Origin: Fidelibacterota bacterium
Lineage (GTDB): Bacteria; Fidelibacterota; UBA8477; JABMPR01
Reading direction: 5' to 3'
Length of the DNA: 64,000 nucleotides
Assembly: GCA_016844955.1 (NCBI GenBank)
Contig: JAERTH010000083.1
Span: 15,712-79,711 of the forward strand
Below are positions 44,944 to 55,100 of the stretch, piece after piece. Each line of letters starts with the position of its first letter. The first letter of the stretch is position 1. Position numbers and translations under genes: made by a program. Below the pieces are notes generated by a model that saw only the letters and a list, made by a program, of their open reading frames with translations, searched no databases and was not told where the DNA came from.

Positions 44944-47331
44944 CTATTTGAGCAACATCATCTTCCGTGTTTCAACATTTGATCCCATGGATAGTCGATA
45001 AAAATAGACACCACTGGCTACGGGAGTACCATTAAAATCCTGGCCCTTCCACTGGTATGTGTAATGGCCGGCTGTCTGGAATCCAGCCTTCAGAACAGCG
45101 ATTTGCTGACCCAGTAAATTATGGACGGTGAGTTGACTGTAGCCATCCCCAGACAATTCATAGCTGATTGACGTGGTGGGGTTAAACGGGTTCGGGAAAT
45201 TTTGTGCCAACGAGAATGCCTGGGGTTTGAAACTTGACCACTTATCAATGGAGACTGTTGGTAATGAGTTGTGCCCAAAGAGGCCAAGATCTGTACCTGC
45301 CAGTAACTCATCATAAAAAAGCATATTGATGCGGGTTCCTACAGGATATTCATATCCAAGACTCCAGGCACTGCCCGAGAGTGGAAGGGAATAGATTTCG
45401 TTAGCTACTGCCACGTAAACTGTATCAAGTCCGATTGTAACCGCTGTGGCTTCAGCACCGCTTACAAAAGGAAACCCACTCACTGGCATGACGGTCCAAA
45501 GATTGGAGCTGTTGATGGGCTTGTAATAGGCTGTTGGGTGATTCGCACCCGCATCGGTTCCCACTGCGTATAGTGTATCCGTGCTTGGCGAGAGTTCCAT
45601 ATCCCAGAGGGTCACCACGATAACAGAACCAGTACTTGTGTTACTGGAACTCATATCCTGGGAAACAGTCCAGGAAGCGCCGGATTTCACAGCACGATAT
45701 ACACTGTAGCCCTGTGGTGAACCAAGATCATATATTGCGCTCATATAGGCCACTGTATCTGAGCCTTCAATATTGAAAACGATATCCGAGATATCCACAT
45801 CCTGCCCGGCTGAACTTGCTATGAGTAGCAACTGATCCCAATTGGTACCACCATCATGGGAGTAGAACACGCCTCCTTTATCGTTACCCTGGATCTCAAA
45901 ACCCGCGAAAACTACATTGGGATCACTCTCAAGCACTTCAATGGCAAGACATTTAGTCCCTACATTTGAATAATTGTAGGGAGCATTCTCCGGTGTGAAT
46001 ACCCGATTCCAGGTTGAGCCCTCATCTTCTGTCTTGTAGACCCTGACATTTCCAACATAAACATCATTGCTGTCTGATGGATTTAGCGCTGCAGAATAAT
46101 ATGGAGATCCATCACCATTGGGAAAAATAGCATTGGTCCACAGAGCGCCTGTGAGATAATCATCAACACGACGAATACCAGATTTAGAGGCAACCCATCC
46201 CGTCATTTTTGAGGCGGTCTGATCAAAGTCATTTACCTGAACCGCTTCTACACCGTTATTAATCTCGAAGATGCTAGCCCCCTGATCCTCAGAGACACCA
46301 ATACCTTGATCCGTGGTCATATAAACCATGTTGCCATTTATCGGATCCGTAAAAACTGTTCCATCGTTTGGGTGGGTCTCAAAGCCACCAGGATTTCCAA
46401 AAGTCTGCCAGGATCCAGACGCACCATTGGAGTGATTGTACATTTTAGCATGATACACTGTGTATGTCGTTGAATCACCACTAAAGGCAAAATCTTGACC
46501 TGTCACACCACCTTGACTGCTGGCAGCATAGGTCCAGGTGAGTTCATCATCTGTCTGGCCAATATATTTATCGCTCATATCTGAAGCGGAAACAAATAAG
46601 CGTCCACTGGGGGCAATGCCAAAAGCCACCCAACCCATGCTACTGCTTAGGCCAGTAGTGCTGACGGTGGAAAAAGTGGTAGCACTGCTCAGGGAGGAAA
46701 GTGGATCTGAGGTTTTCACAATCGTGGGGGAGGCTCCGTCAGTGAAGATGTAAACCTTCTCATCGATGGGATTCACGTCAATAGCCATAAAACCCCCGGG
46801 TGAACTGAAGCTCAACGGTGAGGCAGAATCCCAGGAAAGCCCACCGCTGGCATCCAGATCACCAAAATGAAGATCACTACCGTCAACCATGAGAATGCGA
46901 TCTCCATAAATTTCCAGAGCGTTGATACTCAATCCAGTGTATAAAACAGAACTGGTTGCAGAAGCAGGCTCCGTCTTGATGACTGAGTTTGGTGTTTGAA
47001 TGAAATAGAGCATCCCGGATGTTTCATGGGCTGCAATCTTTTGTATACCAGATCCATAGCCGGCTGTGGCATCAGCTCCAGGCATAACTTGAAAAGCACC
47101 ATAGACCTGAGAACTGGTATTTGAATGAACATCTGCAAAAAAAAGAGAGTTGGCACTTTCAGTTGCAATAAAAATTCTACTTGTATCAGCATTTAGTGAA
47201 ATGCCGGTGATATCATTAATTCTTCCACCATAAACAGCTTCTACATTGGGGGCGTCTAACTGGCCAAAAGCCAACTGGGATGTTAGGAACAGTCCCATCA
47301 GAACGATTTTTTGTGTGTCAATAGATTTCAT
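44944..47331 (-). CDS. BNR/Asp-box (sortilin-VPS10/GH74-like) beta-propeller protein with T9SS CTD
   Basis: 795-aa ORF with RBS AGGAG and a signal peptide. Asp-boxes 'SHDGGTNWDQL', 'TEDEGSTWNRV' and 'SEDQGASIFEI'. CTD 'QNFPNPFNPTTSISYEL...GVYFYRLSMGSNVETRKMMLLK'. Confidence 0.75.
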   Translation of the reverse strand: MKSIDTQKIVLMGLFLTSQLAFGQLDAPNVEAVYGGRINDITGISLNADTSRIFIATESANSLFFADVHSNTSSQVYGAFQVMPGADATAGYGSGIQKIAAHETSGMLYFIQTPNSVIKTEPASATSSVLYTGLSINALEIYGDRILMVDGSDLHFGDLDASGGLSWDSASPLSFSSPGGFMAIDVNPIDEKVYIFTDGASPTIVKTSDPLSSLSSATTFSTVSTTGLSSSMGWVAFGIAPSGRLFVSASDMSDKYIGQTDDELTWTYAASSQGGVTGQDFAFSGDSTTYTVYHAKMYNHSNGASGSWQTFGNPGGFETHPNDGTVFTDPINGNMVYMTTDQGIGVSEDQGASIFEINNGVEAVQVNDFDQTASKMTGWVASKSGIRRVDDYLTGALWTNAIFPNGDGSPYYSAALNPSDSNDVYVGNVRVYKTEDEGSTWNRVFTPENAPYNYSNVGTKCLAIEVLESDPNVVFAGFEIQGNDKGGVFYSHDGGTNWDQLLLIASSAGQDVDISDIVFNIEGSDTVAYMSAIYDLGSPQGYSVYRAVKSGASWTVSQDMSSSNTSTGSVIVVTLWDMELSPSTDTLYAVGTDAGANHPTAYYKPINSSNLWTVMPVSGFPFVSGAEATAVTIGLDTVYVAVANEIYSLPLSGSAWSLGYEYPVGTRINMLFYDELLAGTDLGLFGHNSLPTVSIDKWSSFKPQAFSLAQNFPNPFNPTTSISYELSGDGYSQLTVHNLLGQQIAVLKAGFQTAGHYTYQWKGQDFNGTPVASGVYFYRLSMGSNVETRKMMLLK

Positions 47332-47779
47332 TGGTTATCTCCTGTTTGGGATTCACACCATGTGAATCAGGTATAAATCTAAACATATGGCAGGCAAGCT
47401 GTGTGACTTGAATCATGATAGAAATAGTGTTGTATAGAATATGAACCAAATTGCACCACTACCCGGCTTTGGAAAATTCCTCGTTGTTCCGAAAAGTATA
47501 CACTTATGTCATTTTTTCAGACGAGTCTAATCATTATGTAGATTTTTAGCGCTCATTATTCATTATCCTGGTTCCCAAACAACTGGATCAAGACGATTTA
47601 TTGTCCATCAATGCAATTGGGTATCATTTGTAAATAGAGTAGAAATAGCGAACTACAAAAATGATAAATTGTATCACCAAATAGATATAAATAACAAACA
47701 CTTAGATAGTCTTGTTGGGCACAATCTTTGACCTATATTGTATGAAATAATGACAATTAGCAATTAAAGGGGAAAGTGC

Positions 47780-49087
47780 ATGTATCGTTCAAGTTGTAAA
47801 GTGATTGTAGTGTTTTTGTTTATTGTTTCAAGTCTGTTGGGCCAAAATCTTAGCATGCAAGGGGTTGCTCGAGACAATTCTGGACAATCCCTGCCTGATG
47901 GTTCTTATAGTTTTACTTTTCGTCTGTATACAACAGAAACAGGTGGGACCGCAGAATGGACAGAGAATCAGAATCTGGATGTTTTGAATGGAGTTTTTAG
48001 TACTGTCCTGGGTGAGATTATTGATGGAGAAAGCAGTATGGTCGATCTCGATTTCAATGATGAGTATTGGCTAAGTATCGAGATTGAAGGGAATGGACAG
48101 CTGGAGCCCCGCACCAAGTTGATCCTGTCACCTTATGCTATTATGGCAGGGCTTTCAGGAACGACGAATGTGGTACCCGAGTCTGGTAATGTTGGTATTG
48201 GGACTGACACTCCCGCGGAATTGCTCCACGTTAAAGGGGCAACCCTCGTGGAAGTAAATTCTGTTGAAACGGATATCAGTACTCTTCCGGGGCTGACCAT
48301 CGCTAACATGGCACGTTCAGGTGGAAATCAGATCTCCGGTAATCGCAGTAAACTGGGTTTCAAGCAATGGATGTCCTGGGATGATTACGTAGAAGCCGGT
48401 GCCATCGTCACAGGAAACAATACCAATAATTACAATCTTGGATACATGGCATTTCATACCAACAATGAGCATGCTGGCGGACTGCTTGAAAGGATGAGAA
48501 TCGACTGGAACGGGAATGTAGGCATCGGGACCAGTAGTCCAGAATATCCCCTTCATATTGCAAGACCCAACGCTTCACTGCGGCTCACCATGGAACGAAC
48601 AGACAACACACATGAAGCTTTTCTTCAGTTTCGTACTGGAGGTGTAAACAAGGCTCTTTTTGGGTTCGATAATGACATGAACGATCTCAGTATCTATACC
48701 TATGACTATGGTCGAGTGATCACCTTTGAGAGTGCCACGGGTGAAGTGGGTATCGGTGATGCAACCCCGGATGCCAAGCTGGATGTTGCAGGCTCACTGG
48801 ATATAGATTCATGGAAAACACAGGATCTTTCTGCCAATGGTTATGTGAAGATGGGTGGACTCATCATGCAGTGGGGTGTATTTGAGTGTACTCTGGATGA
48901 CACACAGACTGAAAGTTTTCCAATTGCCTTCCCCAATGCCTGTTTCGGTGTTTATTCAAACCGCAAGGAATCAAATGTGGAATCGCCCATCACTGTAAAC
49001 TCATGGAGTACGACAAGTTTCACTGTTAACAGAGATGATGGCATTGGTGGGTCTGAGACAGTCAATTGGTTTGCAGTCGGGCATTAA
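47780..49087 (+). CDS. Tail-fibre-like secreted protein, paralogue 2 (cassette 2 small partner) with phage-fibre-tip-like C-terminus
   Basis: 435-aa ORF with a signal peptide. N-domain 'QGVARDNSGQSLPDGSYSFTFRLY..ETGGTAEW'. Three GNVGIGT-type repeats. C-terminus 'GGLIMQWGVFECT...ESFPIAFPNACFGVYSN...TTSFTVNR' resembles the 'LIIQWG...FPIAFPN.C' tip domain of phage tail-fibre proteins. No CTD. Confidence 0.7.
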   Translation: MYRSSCKVIVVFLFIVSSLLGQNLSMQGVARDNSGQSLPDGSYSFTFRLYTTETGGTAEWTENQNLDVLNGVFSTVLGEIIDGESSMVDLDFNDEYWLSIEIEGNGQLEPRTKLILSPYAIMAGLSGTTNVVPESGNVGIGTDTPAELLHVKGATLVEVNSVETDISTLPGLTIANMARSGGNQISGNRSKLGFKQWMSWDDYVEAGAIVTGNNTNNYNLGYMAFHTNNEHAGGLLERMRIDWNGNVGIGTSSPEYPLHIARPNASLRLTMERTDNTHEAFLQFRTGGVNKALFGFDNDMNDLSIYTYDYGRVITFESATGEVGIGDATPDAKLDVAGSLDIDSWKTQDLSANGYVKMGGLIMQWGVFECTLDDTQTESFPIAFPNACFGVYSNRKESNVESPITVNSWSTTSFTVNRDDGIGGSETVNWFAVGH

Positions 49088-49142
49088 ACAACCTCTGACC
49101 AAAATTCTGATAATTCAAATCTATTTTTTTTCAGGGGATGCT

Positions 49143-52100
49143 ATGAATAAATCATTTCAAGCGGGATATCGACGTCTAAGGCAGTCTTTGATCCTGTTGC
49201 TCTTGCCCACAATTGCACTTACCCAGGATTACCAGGTTGATCTTCAGATCGTCTCCGGAGGTGCTGGTACCATGAGTGGTTCCCTTCCTTTTAATGGGGA
49301 ACTCATCTCTGGAAATGTTAGTGTGATTGTTAATCAACCGATTATGACAACCCAGACCATGTCAGGTGGAATTTATAAAATAGACCTGGGGTATTGGTCT
49401 CAAATGCTGAGAACACCCGGTACACCTATTGTTAAGGCAAGCTATGACATATATCCGGATCAGGTTAAATTGGAATGGCGCTATGATCCAAATGATCCTC
49501 CCGGAACAGAGAAACACAAGATCTATCGAAATTATAGTTCAAATCCTGCTTACATTTACGAGACACCTTCAGGAGATACCAGCTATACGGACACTGAGCT
49601 TCCAGCGGGTCATCAGTATGAATACCTGGTTCGTGGCAGCAATCGCATTCAATCTGCTACAACCTACCAGCCCCTTACCCATGCAGGGATTTCTTTTGGA
49701 AAAACCAGCAGCAATGGATCCATTGGTGGATTCATTAAAACAACTTTGAATACACCCATACCTAATGTGAGAGTCACTGCCATGAACGCGGCCGGGAGCG
49801 GTCCGGCCTGGGGGCAGTCTGTCTATTTGGATGGCCTCGAGAACTCAGTCACCATAGCTGATGCAGATGCCTTTGAATTGTTTGATGCGGCTGTTTCTGA
49901 TGCCAGAACCCTGGAAATGTGGTTTAGGCCTGAGGTATCCGGACTCCAGACGCTGATCTCCAAGGGAAGCCAATGGGAGGTGGGTATCAATGTCGATGGC
50001 CTCAACTATGTTTATTTAAACATGAATGATGAACCCATCTTCACTACGGATATCCTTCAATCCCAGGCAATCAGTATTAATGAATGGAATCATGTAGCCC
50101 TGGTGAGAGATGCTACTACCCTGCGAGTTTATATCAACGGCTGGCTGGCAACCATCAATGGCGGAGATGAGAGCGTCACTGTGTCCAATCAGATTGGGAC
50201 GAGTGCCTCTGTCTCCCTGGGCGATGGGGCAGATCATCATTTTTACCGTGGTCTCGTCGATGAGCTCCGTTGCTGGAGCGAGGCGCGCGATGAGATGTTC
50301 ATGGAACCCTATTCCGATGTAAACAACAGTGGTGCCTTTGAGGACTCATCTGATTTCTTTACCGATATCAATGGTGATGGCTTCTGGGGATCCAGTGATT
50401 CAACGGCCATCAAGCGTGACTATGACCGACTTTTCGACTACATGGTTGAAGGGATTATTGCCGAACCCACACTTGAGGCTTGCTTTCACATGGATATGGG
50501 CTCCGGACAAACTCTGATCAATTCAGTCGATATCGAGAACAATGGAAGCCTTATGGGAGGCTGGTCTACCACCCAGGCTCCGGTTTATCCCTGTGTCTAT
50601 ACAGATGCCAATGGCGGCTATACGATCAAGAACTTGAACTTTGGGAGTGGTAGGACATTTCGGGTGGTTCCCTTAAAGGCCTTTCATGAATTTGACAACC
50701 CCCATCAGGATGTCTCACTCAGCATTTATACACCAGCCAATTACACCACACATTTTAATGTGGTCAACATGATTTCCATTTCTGGTTATGTGACTTACTC
50801 AGAGGTTGGAACCAATGGATCAGCCTGTGGTGAACCCGATGTGGAAATCTGGGTTGATGGTGCCAATATGGGTGAAAGAACCGATGCAGACGGATTTTAC
50901 ATGCTCGAGGTGGAACCCGGTCGTACAGTGACGATTGTTCCCCACAAAGGAGGTCGGGAGCCGGGACATTTTTCGCCCCAGACTAAGACTTTCTTCAGTG
51001 TAGTATCTCCTCAAAGCAAGGATTTTGTAGATTCAAAACTACGTACCATACGAGGTAGTGTAACCGGTGGTGCCTGCGAATATCCTGTAGGTCCCAGTGG
51101 GATTGCTACCATCACCCTGAGTGCTGACGATGGTTGTTTCAGTTTAGACACCCCCGTTGATGCAGCGGGAAATTATGAGTTTGCCAATATTGCACCCATG
51201 GCATACTCACTTGGCGTGGGTATTGATACTGATGTTAGCAATATTCCCAATTTGCTTGAAATGAACACGTATTTCCAGAATAATGGTGCAACCATAGATC
51301 TTGAATCATCATTTGATCCAATAGATTCTGTCTGGATCACTGAAGAAGATACGGTAAAATTCAATTATCGGTCACCCATACAATTGAGGGTTGAAGGTTG
51401 GACCACCAACCCGTTGAATGATTACTACTTTGAACAGAATGGTGCTGACACACTGGATGTTTATGTTTATGAGCATTACTATGGGGGAGAGTGTCCCATG
51501 GATTCCGGTATTGTCCATATCAAGGATTGGATATCGGATCGCTATGTAGATGGTGATGCTGAAGATGGTGTTGCATTCAATTTCGCCCAGGACAGGGACG
51601 ACTATGATATTCCTAGCCTCAGGTATGGCCTCATACCGGGATTCCCTCGCTTTGAGGGTGATCACAGAAAGAATATTGAACTCATGGCTACTGATCCGTC
51701 AGGCAACATAAGTACGGATTCTGAAGCGTACCGGGCAGTTGTCCTTGGACAAAAATCGAATCAACTAAATTTTGCTACGACAGCACCTGAAATCCCTTTG
51801 TTGATTTTGAGACGCCCTCCCGGTGATGGTAGTTGGGCCAGCTTTTCTGAATCCAACACTTCATCTACCTCATTCTCCATGAGTTTGGGAAGCGCGGATA
51901 GCGAAGAAGGCAGCATTACTGCCAGCCTGGGTGTAGAAACCGAGATCAATGTTGCTCCCTGGGGAGTTGGGATGTCCTTCGATATTGATGCCCAATATGA
52001 TATAGAATCAGGTTTTTCTACTACCGCTTCACTTCAGAACAGCAGTACTATGCAATGGACAACCACAACATCAACAGAGTATACTACGGCCACCGCAGTA

Positions 52101-55100
52101 GAGCTCATGGGTGATCTGGGTACCGTTTTTGTGGGGGGAGCTATGAACTTGCTCTATGGTTCTACTAATATGCTCAGCTTGGTTGAGGATGATGGTGAAT
52201 ACGATTATCTAGTTACTCACCCCGTCATTTTCATGCCAAACGGTTTTGAAACAACCTACATCTATACGAGAGGTTATATTGAAGACTCTTTGTTGCCCGA
52301 ACTTGAGTTCCTGTCAGCAACCGACAGCAATCTGGTTAGGAGTATAGATCGCTGGAATTACATTTTGAATTACGAAGACTCGCTGCGGTGGATAACTCCT
52401 TCTGATTCTAATTTTAGCTTTAATGGCGGTGGTCAATCTATGACAGTCACCCACACTTCAGAAGGCAGTGAATCCCTGGTGTTTGAAGAAACACTTGATT
52501 TGGAATCATCATTTGCTGAAACCATGGGTCTGGAAGTATCTGGAGTTGGTGTAAGTGGAACCTCAAAAGTGACCACAAGCTTCCACCTTGGAAGCTCTGA
52601 GGAAGAAACATGGACGAATACGACCACCACCTCTTATACGCTCATGGATGATGATGGTAATGCTGAGTACGGTTACGATGATTATACGGTTGATGTCGGG
52701 AGCGATCCTGTCTATGGAACACCTGTTTTTAGGGTGATAGCCGGAAATTCATCCTGCCCTTATGAGGAATGGCGCAATGAAGTGGATTCGGTGGTTACCA
52801 CACCTCGGGATGAGCCAGGTATGAATTGGATATCACCCAGCACGGTGGTCAATGTTCCCCCCGATGATCCGGCAGAGTTGTGGATCGGTTTGAGTAATCT
52901 ATCCAGTCTTGATGAATCGAGGGTCTATTTCCTGTCCTATCTCAGCTCAAGTAATACTTATGGGGCACAGATTCTGATCAATGGTGAAGATGCTGATGAA
53001 TCCGCACCCATTCCCTTTGAATTAGAATATCTGGGGAATGATTCCGCGCTAATCACCGTTTCACGACCCGAGGGTTCGGATACCTATGAATTTGATGGTC
53101 TGATGATCAAATTCGCTCCGGAATGTGAAACCAATTACGCAGGTGTTACGCAAGGTTATACTGCATCTTTTGATGTCCGTTTCGCCAGACCCTGTACTGA
53201 GGCCGATATTTATCAACCCGTTGAAAATTGGGTCGTTAATACCATCACAGGTGATACAATGACCGTGGTTGTACAGGACTACGATCTGGGACAATCATAC
53301 TTTGATGAGCTGTTTGTGCAGTACTCAGCCATGGGAAGCGAAGACTGGTTTGCAGTGGATACTCTCATTGCAGACACGCTACGCCACTATGACTATCTGT
53401 ACAGTCAACTCAAGTGGGATGTCGGCTTATTGGAGGATGGCGTTTATGACATACGATTGATGTCGCGCTGTCTTGATGGCCTGCTGAACAATATGATGGA
53501 TCCGGTTCGAGGTGTTTTGGATCGACAAATCCCTGAAGTCCTGGGATCACCTGAACCCCTGGATGAAGTGCTGAATTTCAACGATGAGATTGCACTTAAC
53601 TTTACCGAGTCAATTAATCCGGAATCAGTGGATGCTGTGAACGTTACTCTGTATGATCTCAGCATGGATCAAACCATCACCGATTTTGATCTATCTGTTT
53701 CAGAAGAACGTCTGGTAATCAACCCAACCCTGCAAAACCGATTTATTGAGAATCATGCCTTAATGGCTACAGTGAAGGGACATGAAGATCTCTACGGGAA
53801 TCCGGGAGATTCTACATCCTGGCAATTCATTGTGGATCGTAATCCCGTGGCCTGGAGTACTTCGGATTTGGAACATATTGCCTTCCAGGGAGAGCCTGAA
53901 CCTGTTGTTCTACAGTTGAATAACACCGGGTCCACGGCACAACCCTTTTTCTTCTCAGGAACAGCAGACCAGAATGGCACACCCTTGCCTGAATGGCTCA
54001 CTGTTTCTCCCTTAGAAGGATCACTCAATCCAGGTGGCTCATTTGATATTACCATTGATGTGGCTTCCGATTTGAATAGTGGTGAATATGATGTCGTCAT
54101 CTATGCCGTAACACCAGAAGGCTATGAACCCTTTGTGCTGCATGTGGTTTCCATGTGTCCATATCCTGACTGGAGTTTCGATTTTACTGAATATGAATAC
54201 TCCATGAATGTCACAGCCAATGTGTATCAGATGTCAACTTTGTCAGATGACATCTATGACCGGGTGGCTGCCTATGTCGGTGATGAGTGTCGTGGCTGGG
54301 CACAACTGGAGTACGTCCCTGAACTGGATGATTATCAGGCCTTTATCACTGTCTTCAGTAATGAATGGAGTGGGGAAGAAGTCCAATTCCATATCTGGGA
54401 TCGCACCGAATGTTCTGAATACTGGCAGGCTGACACCAGCGTGACCTTTATTGAAGGGGAAGCCTACGGAAGTCCCATGGAGCCTATCGCCTTGAACGCC
54501 ACTGGAGAACTGGGTCAAAATATCGATCTTCACAGTGGTTTCACCTGGATGTCACTCAATCTGGATGCAGATGATATGAGTATGGCTTCGATTCTTGAAG
54601 GTATTGAAGCAACCCCTGGAGATCGCATTATCGGGCATGAAGCTTTTGCTCAATATTCTGATTCTTCCGGATGGTCTGGAACGCTTACCTCCCTTGACAA
54701 CTACTCAATGTACCAGCTTGATCTGGAAAATGCCGATGAACTCATTCATGTGGGTTTGCCAGTTCAGCCAGATATCACCAATATTGAAATCGCCTCAGGT
54801 TGGAATTGGATTTCCTATCTTCCTGTTGAGAATATCAATGTGAATCACGCCTTGTCCTCACTGCTGAATAGCACGGATGATTTGATTAAAAATCAGTCAC
54901 AGTATGCTCAATTCGTGGATGGCGTTGGCTGGTTGGGAAGCTTGAATCGCATGCACCCTGGAATGGGATACAAGTTGGAGTCCTTTGAAGGTGGTATGCT
55001 GAATTACCCCCCCAGTGAAAGTATCACCCTGGGCCGTTCAATCGCATCAAATGACCCCGTTGAATTGCCTGAGTTACCCTGGACCCTCGAGGAAATGCCT

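Noticed and set aside
47717-47731. GGGCAC-AATCT-TTGA, about 50 nt upstream of fibre-like gene 2, as a sigma-54 promoter.
   Set aside because: The -12 GC is GA. The TTGACC may equally be a -35-like hexamer. No comparable element was found upstream of fibre-like genes 1 and 3, so it is not a shared cassette promoter.
49035-49142. N-terminal extensions proposed by the ORF track (49035 for giant 2, 21306 for GH16, 30206 for HlyD, 31521 for the ABC ATPase, 35077 for fibre-like 1).
   Set aside because: The extensions overlap the upstream gene or contain the Shine-Dalgarno sequence itself. Internal ATG starts give proper signal peptides or TM helices and sensible RBS spacing.
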